The notes: generated from the letters alone by a model not told the origin. A stretch of 55,441 nt of DNA from Parcubacteria group bacterium Gr01-1014_2 (GCA_007376425.1 VMGG01000004.1:1-55441), one strand, 5' to 3'. Counted from the first letter of the stretch, positions 9,905 through 18,206 are shown. A program made the numbers and translations.

Positions 9905-10522
9905 ATGACAAGGTTAGCCTTCGAACTGAAAGGACGAGTCGAAGCTGTCCTTGTGGCGGCTAACTTCGGCTCAATTCTCTCGACGTCAGTCCCGAAAATT
10001 CAGCTCATTCGCGGACACGGCGTCAGGGGCGACAACCACGCTGGCGTACGGCTTGCGGATGTCCGAGAGAGGGAGTTTCTCTCTTTCGAATTTTCTAAGG
10101 GCGTCGAGATTGCCAACCATCGAGAGTTTTCCGCCGTCTCCGCCGAGGAGCTTGCGGAAGTCGCGCAAGCGATGAATCTCTCGAAGCCAGTTCCGCACGG
10201 CTGTCTCGGCGAGAATCTGGTGTTGAGCGGCATTCCGCGACTTACCGAGCTTCCCGCCGGAACGATGTTGTTCTTTCGAAAAGACGAGAAGCGAATCAGG
10301 ACAGCCGTGTTGATGGTGTGGGCGGAAAACACGCCGTGTCAGGGACCGGGGGAAGCGATCCAAGAGAAGTTTCCGGAAATTCCCAGACTCGCGCTTCTCT
10401 TCCCGAAGTCGGCTATCGGCAAGCGCGGAATTGTCGGGAGCATTTACGCTTCCGGCAATATCCATGCGGGCGACACGGTCGTCGCAAAGGTTCCTCGTCA
10501 GCGAATCTACAATCCCGAATAG
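9905..10522 (+). CDS. MOSC-domain protein (YiiM-like)
   Basis: Contains GHGVRGDNHAG, LGENLVLSG and GIVGSIYASGNIHAGD. SD AGGAGG lies 7 nt upstream. Visibly GC-rich relative to flanks. Confidence 0.75.
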   Translation: MTRLAFELKGRVEAVLVAANFGSILSTSVPKIQLIRGHGVRGDNHAGVRLADVREREFLSFEFSKGVEIANHREFSAVSAEELAEVAQAMNLSKPVPHGCLGENLVLSGIPRLTELPAGTMLFFRKDEKRIRTAVLMVWAENTPCQGPGEAIQEKFPEIPRLALLFPKSAIGKRGIVGSIYASGNIHAGDTVVAKVPRQRIYNPE

Positions 10523-10535
10523 GGATTGCTCGATA

Positions 10536-10571
10536 GGTGGTGGTGCGACACGCTCGTGCCACCCCTTTTTT
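10536..10571 (+). terminator. GC-rich hairpin plus T-run after the MOSC gene
   Basis: ggtggtggtgcgacacgctcgtgccacc followed by ccttttttatt. Confidence 0.6.
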
Positions 10572-10622
10572 ATTGAAAGAACTTTTTATCATCTATTCAC
10601 TATAAAATTAAACAGTTTCCAG

Positions 10623-10872
10623 AGCGAAAAGCTCGAAGGTGTATGCCTCTGAATTTTTAAATAGGGCCCGTTGGGCAATGCCTTCTCAGGAACATCCGGA
10701 GCCGAGCCGTTATAAGGAGAGGTTTTTTGTAGCGAGGCGATGGATGAGCGAGCGGTTTATTCTGATAAACAGAAAATGATAGAATTATTAAAACTGTATG
10801 AGGCCGAGCGTTTCCTGAAAGGCGTTGCCCAATAAAGGGCCCGAAGACCTACACCCGAGGATAGCTTTTCGC
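10623..10872 (-). mobile_element. family A copy A2 (variant ends, inverted relative to A1)
   Basis: Core is aggaacatccggagccgagccgt...gtagcgaggcgatggatgagcgag...tattctgataaacag...gaggccgagcgtttcc. Outer TIRs are agcgaaaagct.../...agcttttcgct. Confidence 0.7.
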
Positions 10873-10930
10873 TATTAAATCTTAGAAGCCTGAAATTGGG
10901 ATTAATTTATTTCTTATAGATTTAAAACCG

Positions 10931-10939
10931 TGCTATAAT
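10931..10939 (+). promoter_or_regulatory. extended -10 (TGCTATAAT)
   Basis: tgctataat lies 22 nt upstream of the ATG at 10962. Confidence 0.5.
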
Positions 10940-10961
10940 ACTTGGTAGTTAAAAAGTTCAA

Positions 10962-12275
10962 ATGAATATAAAAAAATCAGTATTTTTATTTTTGATTTTT
11001 TCTATTTTTTCATTTTTGACTTTCAATTTTTCCGGAGCTGATGTTCAGCAGGAAATTTCTGAAAGGGAGGAGCAGATTCAAGAATTGGAAAAACAGAAAG
11101 AAGAATTTCAAAAGCAGATTACTGAAAGACAAGGCCAGGCGAGAACCATGGAAGGGGAAATTTTTATTTTAGATACCCAAATTAAAAAGCTGCAGCTTGA
11201 AATAAGAACCCTTGATTTGGCGATTCAGCAGACTGGTTTGGAAATTGACGAAACAATTAAAAGCATTGAGGCGGCGCTTACTAAAATTGAAAAAATAAAA
11301 CAGAGCTTGGGCCAGTTTATCAGGCTACTTGATCAAAGCGATCGGGAAACACTGGTTGAGATTTTGTTTAAGAATCGCGACCTTTCGGATTTCTTCGGTA
11401 ATCTTGAAAGCATCCGCACTTCTCAAGAAAAAGCCCAGGTGACGATTAAAGACTTGAAGCAGTTAAAAATTGAACTTGAAGCAGAGCAGGAAAAACTGGA
11501 GATAAGAAAAACAGAGCAAGTTGGTTTGAGAAGTGTTCAGCAAATTCAGAAGCTTGAGGTTGATTCAAAGAAAAAGGAGAAAAATGATATTCTCAAAGTA
11601 ACTAAAGGCGAAGAGAAAAAATTCCAGGATTTGGTAAAAAAGACTGATCAAGACATAGAAAGAATAAGGGGCCAGGTGCGATTCTTGCTGGAACAGGGGA
11701 TTACTCTTGAAGAAGCTTTAAAATACGGCCAGCTGGCGGCTCAAAGAGTGGGCATTAGGCCGGCCTTTTTATTGGCGATTTTAGATGTTGAGTCAGGACT
11801 TGGAAGGAATGTTGGAACCGGGAATTGGTTGGACGATATGTATAATTGTTATCGGCGGCTTGGCAAGCTGACTAGAGCTGAAACAGAAAAAAACGCTTTT
11901 TTTGCGATAATCGGGAAGCTTGGCTTGGACGCTAATTCAGTCAGAGTTTCAAGAGCGCCAAGCTATGGCTGTGGTGGAGCGCTTGGCCCGGCTCAATTCA
12001 TTCCTTCAACCTGGCTTTTATATGAGACTCAAGTCGCCGCCTTGACTGGCCACGGCCTGCCTAATCCGTGGAGTATTGAAGATGCTTTTATGGCGGCGGC
12101 AATATACCTGGCTAATGCCGGTGCTTCCAATAAAACTCAAACCGCAGAAATCAGGGCAGCCAATGCTTATTTGAGCGGGAAAGCAAATTGCCGTCAGAGT
12201 ATTTGCCGCTATTATTCAAATTTGGTCTTACAAAAAGCGGCGGAAATAGAAAAAGATCTGCCTCGCACCTTTTAA
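10962..12275 (+). CDS. secreted coiled-coil protein with C-terminal lytic transglycosylase (SLT/MltB-like) domain
   Basis: Signal/TM, long heptad region, then LAILDVESGLGRN and GALGPAQFIPSTW. Confidence 0.6.
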   Translation: MNIKKSVFLFLIFSIFSFLTFNFSGADVQQEISEREEQIQELEKQKEEFQKQITERQGQARTMEGEIFILDTQIKKLQLEIRTLDLAIQQTGLEIDETIKSIEAALTKIEKIKQSLGQFIRLLDQSDRETLVEILFKNRDLSDFFGNLESIRTSQEKAQVTIKDLKQLKIELEAEQEKLEIRKTEQVGLRSVQQIQKLEVDSKKKEKNDILKVTKGEEKKFQDLVKKTDQDIERIRGQVRFLLEQGITLEEALKYGQLAAQRVGIRPAFLLAILDVESGLGRNVGTGNWLDDMYNCYRRLGKLTRAETEKNAFFAIIGKLGLDANSVRVSRAPSYGCGGALGPAQFIPSTWLLYETQVAALTGHGLPNPWSIEDAFMAAAIYLANAGASNKTQTAEIRAANAYLSGKANCRQSICRYYSNLVLQKAAEIEKDLPRTF

Positions 12276-12289
12276 ACGCCAACATAAAT

Positions 12290-12901
12290 TCAGTGAACTA
12301 ATTTTTTTTCTTTGGGCTCATCGTATTCCCGTAATTTCTCGGCTGGCGAGAGGCCAGCCAGTATTTTATGAGGGAAGCAGTTCCATGCCTCGGTGACTAA
12401 ATCAAGAATATTTTGGAGCTCTGATGCGTCTCCGCCGCGGTCAAACATCGCCACTATCTTCATCATATCATCAGACTCATTCTCGTAATAAATCGCATCT
12501 TTAACATCTTTCAAACTGAAATCGCTCTCGGTTTCTTTAAGCAGGCTTTCGATTTCGCTTTCAATTTCTTTTCTTTCCATTAAAATATCAGCTGGTATCG
12601 GACGAGACTGTTCTAAAATTTTCTGATAAACAGAAGAATCGGTGAATCTACTCCATAAGAATTGAAGACTTTTACTTATTGATGGCTTCATTTCATCAAT
12701 ATATTCAACATCATCCTCGCCGTTGTCATACTGCTGGAGTAGTTTTTCAATTTCAGCAACAAAATCAAGATATTGCTCTTTTGCGATTATTTGCTCTTCT
12801 TTTTGTTCTTTGGTTAGCGGTTTTCCTTCCGGGAAAATAAAGGGTATTAAGCCCTTTGATTCTACTTCGCTTGGACGCTGTGTACAATCAGAATTGTCCA
12901 C
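12290..12901 (-). CDS. acidic hypothetical protein
   Basis: 203-aa ORF with a GTG start. C-terminal AWNCFPHKILAGLSPAEK. No family recognised with confidence. Confidence 0.35.
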   Translation of the reverse strand: MDNSDCTQRPSEVESKGLIPFIFPEGKPLTKEQKEEQIIAKEQYLDFVAEIEKLLQQYDNGEDDVEYIDEMKPSISKSLQFLWSRFTDSSVYQKILEQSRPIPADILMERKEIESEIESLLKETESDFSLKDVKDAIYYENESDDMMKIVAMFDRGGDASELQNILDLVTEAWNCFPHKILAGLSPAEKLREYDEPKEKKLVH

Positions 12902-13064
12902 GCGCTCCTCGTTCGTCGAAATAAACGGCTCGGCTCGGGCGCTAAGAGAACAGTAAAGCCAGTCGCTTGTTTTCCGCGCCGCCTCGCGGACGCGCCCGTC
13001 AGAAGGAACATAGTTCTTTCAAAAGAGAGACAGTTGACACCCATGACGGGTCACTCAGACTGTC

Positions 13065-13117
13065 TCTCTTCCTACCAAAGTTTTTATTCAAGAGAATGAG
13101 GATTTTGGCAGGGAGAG
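13065..13117 (+). repeat. about 52-bp direct repeat DR1 flanking the TA-like pair
   Basis: tctcttcctaccaaagtttttattcaagagaatgaggattttggcagggaga. Preceded by the hairpin gagagacagt...actgtctctc (13024-13064). Confidence 0.7.
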
Positions 13118-13151
13118 ATCCCTTGGTTCAGAAGAGGAGAGTTCGTTAAAT

Positions 13152-13379
13152 TTATTGAGACGGAGTTAGCTTTACTGTAATTGGCAGTTCAATCGGTTGC
13201 TGTTTTAACAGCCGCTTGGCGGCGTTAAGGACAGTGAAACCCTTAATTCGTTTGGTCTTCGGGTCAAGTCTGATGACAATATCGTTATCAGCCTCCCGAG
13301 AAATTGAATTAGCCGAAGGTTTGCCTTCGGAAAAATAAAGCACATCAGCTTTTTTGTCGTAAAAGTAATAAAGTTTCAT
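13152..13379 (-). CDS. DUF2283-like small protein (putative antitoxin)
   Basis: MKLYYFYDKKADVLYFSEGKP is the typical DUF2283 N-terminus. Lies 2 nt after the upstream partner. Confidence 0.55.
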   Translation of the reverse strand: MKLYYFYDKKADVLYFSEGKPSANSISREADNDIVIRLDPKTKRIKGFTVLNAAKRLLKQQPIELPITVKLTPSQ

Positions 13380-13381
13380 GG

Positions 13382-13645
13382 TTATTTGGAGGTTAGATAA
13401 GCAGTCAAAATAAAGTTTCTGGTGCCTGTCTTAACTACGATAGCTAAGTTTCTTTGTTTATCAACCAAACCGTATAAAATGAATACATTTTTATCTGATT
13501 TGGAAGAACGAATCAATTTGGGCGCAGAAAGGATTTTAGGAAAACGCTTTTTAAACCTTTTGATTTCTGGATGGAACTTGATGATATGAGAAAATCGTTC
13601 GTCAGTCAGTTCTACCGTGCCAAAAGGAGAATCAAACCGATTCAT
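13382..13645 (-). CDS. DUF4258-like small protein (putative toxin)
   Basis: 87 aa, basic. Tightly coupled to the DUF2283-like gene. Confidence 0.45.
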   Translation of the reverse strand: MNRFDSPFGTVELTDERFSHIIKFHPEIKRFKKRFPKILSAPKLIRSSKSDKNVFILYGLVDKQRNLAIVVKTGTRNFILTAYLTSK

Positions 13646-13687
13646 TTGATTTCAGTGTAGGATACGTAAATTTTGTTGTCAACCGTG

Positions 13688-13739
13688 TTTCTTCCTACCA
13701 AAGTTTTTATTCAAAGCAATGAAGATTTTGGCAGGGAGA
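13688..13739 (+). repeat. direct repeat DR2
   Basis: tttcttcctaccaaagtttttattcaaagcaatgaagattttggcagggaga. Near-identical to DR1. Confidence 0.7.
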
Positions 13740-13750
13740 AATATCAGAAG

Positions 13751-13824
13751 TCGCCATTAAGCTGTGGAGCTGGAGAAGAAAATTCTCTCTCCTCGCCAGC
13801 CCCATAGCTTAATGGCGATTTTTT
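13751..13824 (+). terminator. long hairpin plus T6, just upstream of mnmA
   Basis: tcgccattaagct...agcttaatggcga (13-bp outer stem, with inner stem gctgg...ccagc), followed by tttttt. Confidence 0.5.
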
Positions 13825-13872
13825 GTTTCTAAAGTTGCTGGTTTTAAAAATTTATTACATAATATAAAAGTT

Positions 13873-15105
13873 ATGTTGAAGAAAGTCAGCAGGAAAAAAA
13901 CTGTATATGTAGCAATGAGCGGCGGTGTTGATTCTTCGGTTGCCGCGGCTTTATTGAAAAAAGCCTATTTAGATTCGGATGGGCGTATTTGGATTGCCGA
14001 AGGACGAAGTCCGAAGGCGCGCTATTCGTGTGCTGTTGTGGGAGTTTTTATGAAACCATACCAGCCAAGGGCTGGAATTTTCAATTTTCAATTTTCAATT
14101 TTCAATAAAGATAATTGTTTATGGAAGCAGGACAGGGAAGATGCATTGCGAGTGGCGGCGAAACTGGATATTCCGCTTTTGACCTGGGACCTGTCCAAGG
14201 AATATGAGAAACGGGTGGTGAGGTATATGATCGACGGCTATAAAAAGGGGATTACGCCAAATCCAGATGTGATGTGCAATAAGTTCATTAAGTTTGGGTT
14301 ATTTTTGGAAAAAGCGTTGGAGATGGGCGCGGATTATATCGCGACCGGACACTATGTAAGGAAACAAACGACTTACAACAAACAACAAACAACTGGAGGG
14401 GAAAAAACTAAAAAGTCGTCAGTCGTAAGTTATAAGTTGTTAGTTGGCATTGATGAAAACAAAGACCAGTCATATTTTTTATACACTTTGACGCAGGAAC
14501 AATTGAGTCGTTGTCTCTTCCCGGTAGGGGACTGGAACAAAAAAGAAGTCAGAAAAATGGCTAAGAAATTCGGTTTGCCTAATTGGGATAAAAAAGACAG
14601 CCAAGGCGTTTGTTTTGTGGGGCCTTTGGAGGTTAAAGAGTTTTTAAAAAGAAATATCAAATCAAAAAGGGGATTGGTTTTAAGGAAAAGCGACCGTAAA
14701 ATTTTGGGGGAGCATGATGGGGTGTGGTATTATACCATCGGCCAGAGGCACGGTTTTGGCTTAAATGGCGGCCGGCCTTATTACGTAGTAGATAAAGATA
14801 CTAAAAAGAATATTCTTTATGTAGATGATTTAAAAAATCCCAAATCCCAAGCACCAAATCCCAAACAAATTCTAAATCCCAAAATCCAAATAAGAGAACT
14901 CAATTGGATAAGAAAACAGAGAGTACCACTAAATTGTAAAGTGAAGACTAGATACAGGCAAAAAGATATTGATTGCACCATTATAAAGAATGGTTCGGAT
15001 AAGGCTTTGGTGGAAATAAAAGAAAATAATCTGGCTATTGCGCCGGGCCAATCAGCCGTGTTCTACAAAGGGAACGAAGTTTTAGGCGGTGGGATTATAG
15101 TATAA
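13873..15105 (+). CDS. mnmA: tRNA-specific 2-thiouridylase MnmA, with several in-frame insertions
   Basis: Contains VAMSGGVDSSVAA, NPDVMCNKFIKFG, ATGHYVR, KDQSYFLY and DSQGVCFVG. Confidence 0.9.
   Translation: MLKKVSRKKTVYVAMSGGVDSSVAAALLKKAYLDSDGRIWIAEGRSPKARYSCAVVGVFMKPYQPRAGIFNFQFSIFNKDNCLWKQDREDALRVAAKLDIPLLTWDLSKEYEKRVVRYMIDGYKKGITPNPDVMCNKFIKFGLFLEKALEMGADYIATGHYVRKQTTYNKQQTTGGEKTKKSSVVSYKLLVGIDENKDQSYFLYTLTQEQLSRCLFPVGDWNKKEVRKMAKKFGLPNWDKKDSQGVCFVGPLEVKEFLKRNIKSKRGLVLRKSDRKILGEHDGVWYYTIGQRHGFGLNGGRPYYVVDKDTKKNILYVDDLKNPKSQAPNPKQILNPKIQIRELNWIRKQRVPLNCKVKTRYRQKDIDCTIIKNGSDKALVEIKENNLAIAPGQSAVFYKGNEVLGGGIIV
14076..14103 (+). repeat. perfect heptamer array (aattttc)x4 inside mnmA
   Basis: Read directly. 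Encodes IFNFQFSIF. Preceded by the hairpin ccagccaagggctgg. Confidence 0.85.
14832..14892 (+). repeat. family E element inserted in-frame in mnmA
   Basis: aaaaatcccaaatcccaagcaccaaatcccaaacaaattctaaatcccaaaatccaaata. Encodes KNPKSQAPNPKQILNPKIQI. Confidence 0.75.
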
Positions 15106-15108
15106 GTT

Positions 15109-15140
15109 TACCCCCATACTCATGTATGAGTGTGGGGGTA
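15109..15140 (+). terminator. hairpin after mnmA (no T-run)
   Basis: tacccccatactcat-gt-atgagtgtgggggta. Confidence 0.4.
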
Positions 15141-15151
15141 GAAAAGTAAAA

Positions 15152-15185
15152 GTTGAATTAAAATCCATATGGATTTTAATTCAAC
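15152..15185. promoter_or_regulatory. perfect 34-bp palindrome 10 nt upstream of alaS
   Basis: gttgaattaaaatccat / atggattttaattcaac. Confidence 0.45.
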
Positions 15186-15194
15186 AATTGATTT

Positions 15195-16463
15195 TTGGGT
15201 CATCAAGAAATCAGAAAAAAGTTTTTGGATTTTTTTGAGAAGAGAGGACATAAAGTTGTTCCTTCGTCTTCGCTTATTCCCGATGATCCGTCGGTTCTTT
15301 TCACCACGGCCGGAGTCCAGCAATTCAAACCTTATTATACCGGGCAAAAAGATTCAGAAAAAGATTTTGGTACTCGCAGAATAATATCAATACAAAAATC
15401 ATTGAGAACTACCGATATTGATGAAGTGGGCGATGAAAGCCATACAACATTTTTTGAAATGCTGGGCTATTTTTCGTTTGGCGATTATTTTAAAAAAGAA
15501 ACTATAGAATGGACTTACAATTTTTTGGTGAATAAATTAGGTTTTTTTAAAGAAAGATTAAGGCCAACTGTTTTTGGAGGTGATGGAGCAATTTCTTTTG
15601 ATAAAGAATCTTTTGAAACTTGGAAGTCATTGGGTTTTCAAGATCAAGAGATTGGCTTGGGCAACAGAAAAGATAATTTTTGGGGGCCGATTGGAAATGA
15701 TGGTCCATGCGGACCGGCAAATGAAATTTATGTAGATGATATAGAAATCGGTACCCTGGTTTTTAATGAATACTATTGCGATAAAGAAAAACATTTTTTG
15801 CCGTTGACCCAAAAAGGTGTAGATGTCGGTTTGGGATTTGAAAGAATGGCCATGTTTTTACAGAACGTTAAATCAGTCTATGAAACCGATCTTTTTATGC
15901 CTATAATTACCGAATTGAGAGGTAAGAATTTATATGATTACGAAACCAATGAGAGATCTGAAAGAATAATTGCCGATCATTTGAAGGCAAGTGCTTTTGT
16001 TATTTCTGACGGAGTGATGCCGTCCAATGTAGAAAGGGGTTATGTTTTAAGACGATTAATTAGAAAAGTCATGAGGCATTCAAAGAAGTTGAATTTATCT
16101 GATGATTTTATAGAACGTTCATTGAAAACTATCATAAACATTTATAAAGAGTATTATCCGGATTTAAAAGAGAACGGGTGGGAAATATTAGATATATTCA
16201 ATCAAGAATTTAAGAAATTTGGAAAAGCGCTGGAAAAAGGAATAAAAGAATTTGAAAAAGGCATTATTCAATTTAAAAACAATGGAATAATTCCTGGGTC
16301 CTACGCTTTTAATATACAGCAAAGTCTTGGAGTTACTTTGGATATTATACAGGATATTGCCAAAGAAAAAGGTATGGAAATAGATTTTAAAGCCTTTAAA
16401 GAAGCAGAAAAAAAACACAAAGAAATTTCAAGGATTAGTCAAGAGAAGAAATTTAGAAAATAG
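15195..16463 (+). CDS. alaS: alanyl-tRNA synthetase, aminoacylation plus tRNA-recognition domains only (no editing or C-Ala domains)
   Basis: TTG start. Contains EIRKKFLDFFEKRGH, FTTAGVQQFKPYY and HTTFFEMLGYFSFGDYFK. Stops after 422 aa. Confidence 0.85.
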   Translation: MGHQEIRKKFLDFFEKRGHKVVPSSSLIPDDPSVLFTTAGVQQFKPYYTGQKDSEKDFGTRRIISIQKSLRTTDIDEVGDESHTTFFEMLGYFSFGDYFKKETIEWTYNFLVNKLGFFKERLRPTVFGGDGAISFDKESFETWKSLGFQDQEIGLGNRKDNFWGPIGNDGPCGPANEIYVDDIEIGTLVFNEYYCDKEKHFLPLTQKGVDVGLGFERMAMFLQNVKSVYETDLFMPIITELRGKNLYDYETNERSERIIADHLKASAFVISDGVMPSNVERGYVLRRLIRKVMRHSKKLNLSDDFIERSLKTIINIYKEYYPDLKENGWEILDIFNQEFKKFGKALEKGIKEFEKGIIQFKNNGIIPGSYAFNIQQSLGVTLDIIQDIAKEKGMEIDFKAFKEAEKKHKEISRISQEKKFRK

Positions 16464-16483
16464 TGTAAGCTTTATCAATCTTT

Positions 16484-17941
16484 ATGAAAATAATCAACAT
16501 GGCTTCAAGCGACAATTTTGAAGATATTTTAGAAGCAGTTAAAGATTCAGAATCAGCCGAAGTGATTTTAGTTATTCCTAAATCAAACAGGGTTTTTAAG
16601 AATAAGAATAAAGTTGAAAAATTAAAAAACCACTTTGAAAAATTAAATAAGGATGTTTCAATTATTTCTTCCGGAGAAGAGACGTTTAAGAAAAGCCATA
16701 GAAAAAACACTGATATCGTTTCTCTCTACTCCGAAAAACCGTCTAAAGAAAAAAATATTTTTAAAGCTCCGCTCATATTCCCTACCATTTTGAAACAGAT
16801 TAACGGGAAAGATATGAAGAATTTTATTTTGATATTTCTTGGGGCCTCACTCTTATTTTTCATCTTGATTGTTTTGACTTCTGTAAGCCAGGCCAGGATA
16901 AGAATATTTCCGCATAAAAATGATTTTTCCATAAATATTCCAGTGACTATTTCTGATAAGATAACCGAGATCGACGAGGTTTATGGAATTATCCCCGGCG
17001 AGTCTATCCAAATTGAAAAAATTGTTTCAAAGACTTTTGTATCAAACGGCGAGAAAGACGTTTTCCAAAAAGCAAGAGGCAAAATAATAATTTATAATAA
17101 CTTTAGTACTTCGTCTCAAGTTCTAATTGCCACAACCAGATTCCAGACTCCGGAAGGGTTAGTTTTCAGGATAACCAAAGCAACTGTCGTGCCTGAAGCT
17201 ATTCAAGAGGGTGAGAAGCTTAAACCGGGGCAGATTGAAGTCGAGGTCGTGGCTGATCGGGCTGGCGAAGAATATAATATTGAGCCGACTGAATTTAAGA
17301 TTCCCGGCTTTTTAGGCACCCTGAAATACCAGGGATTTTACGCGAAATCAGTTGAAAAGTTTTCCGGCGGCTTTATTGGCAAGGCCAGTATTGTAACTAA
17401 AGAAGATATGGAAAAAGCTGAAAACCAAGTCAAAGAAGAAGCAGTAAATGAAATAAGGAAAGAGCTTGCCTTACTCATTAATTTTAAAATTCTTAATGAA
17501 ACATTGGATATAGAGTTAGAAACAGCTGATTCTAATACGGCAGGTGACCTTGGCCAAGAGTTTAGAGTTGGATACAGAGCCAAGCTTAAAACTATTGCTT
17601 TTAGGGAAGACGATGTCGCAAAATTTATTTCTCAGTATGTAGAAAACTCTCAAGACCTGAAAGTTATCCAGAAAGGGCTAAGAATAGATTATGGAGATAT
17701 TAAATTTAACAAGGGAGCAAATGAGCTTTCTTTGAAGTTAGCTTCGGTTGGTCAGACTGCTGAAAGTATAGATAAGGGGAAAATTATTTCCGAAATCGTT
17801 GATAGGAAAAGCGATGAAGCCAAGTCGTATCTGGGTAACCTAAAGGAGGTCGAATCAGCTCAAATATTTTTGTCGCCATTTTGGGTTAGGTCAATTCCCA
17901 AAAATAAAGACAGGGTAGAAATACAAGTGGTGATTGAATGA
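16484..17941 (+). CDS. membrane-anchored hypothetical protein (baseplate-J-like region possible)
   Basis: 485 aa with one TM near residue 120. No confident family call. Confidence 0.45.
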   Translation: MKIINMASSDNFEDILEAVKDSESAEVILVIPKSNRVFKNKNKVEKLKNHFEKLNKDVSIISSGEETFKKSHRKNTDIVSLYSEKPSKEKNIFKAPLIFPTILKQINGKDMKNFILIFLGASLLFFILIVLTSVSQARIRIFPHKNDFSINIPVTISDKITEIDEVYGIIPGESIQIEKIVSKTFVSNGEKDVFQKARGKIIIYNNFSTSSQVLIATTRFQTPEGLVFRITKATVVPEAIQEGEKLKPGQIEVEVVADRAGEEYNIEPTEFKIPGFLGTLKYQGFYAKSVEKFSGGFIGKASIVTKEDMEKAENQVKEEAVNEIRKELALLINFKILNETLDIELETADSNTAGDLGQEFRVGYRAKLKTIAFREDDVAKFISQYVENSQDLKVIQKGLRIDYGDIKFNKGANELSLKLASVGQTAESIDKGKIISEIVDRKSDEAKSYLGNLKEVESAQIFLSPFWVRSIPKNKDRVEIQVVIE

Positions 17942-17945
17942 CAAT

Positions 17946-17974
17946 TTGACATTTCTCTTTTATTCCGCTATCTT
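17946..17974 (+). promoter_or_regulatory. sigma70-like promoter for the infA-rpmJ-rpsM... cluster
   Basis: TTGACA, 17-nt spacer, TATCTT. Confidence 0.5.
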
Positions 17975-17996
17975 TAATTAGTTAAAAATCTTTAGA

Positions 17997-18206
17997 TTGA
18001 AAAAGGAAAAAAATACAAAACAAGGCCAGGTAATAGAGAGCCTCCCGAATGCTTATTTCAGGGTCAAAATGGAAGACGGCAAAGTGATTTTAGCCCACAT
18101 TTCAGGAAAGATGCGGCTTTTTTATATCAAGGTAATGCTTGGAGACAGAGTTTTAGTTGAATTAAGCCCTTATGGGGAGCGGGGGAGGATTGTGAAGAGG
18201 CTTTAA
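17997..18206 (+). CDS. infA: translation initiation factor IF-1
   Basis: Contains [31 protein letters not shown]. Confidence 0.9.
   Translation: MKKEKNTKQGQVIESLPNAYFRVKMEDGKVILAHISGKMRLFYIKVMLGDRVLVELSPYGERGRIVKRL

Noticed and set aside
9951-10652. Multiple overlapping ORFs on both strands over the MOSC gene (9951-10175, 9986-10465, 10000-10332, 10318-10536, 10431-10652).
   Set aside because: These are by-products of high GC content. Only 9905-10522 has an SD, a recognisable MOSC-domain pattern and a terminator.
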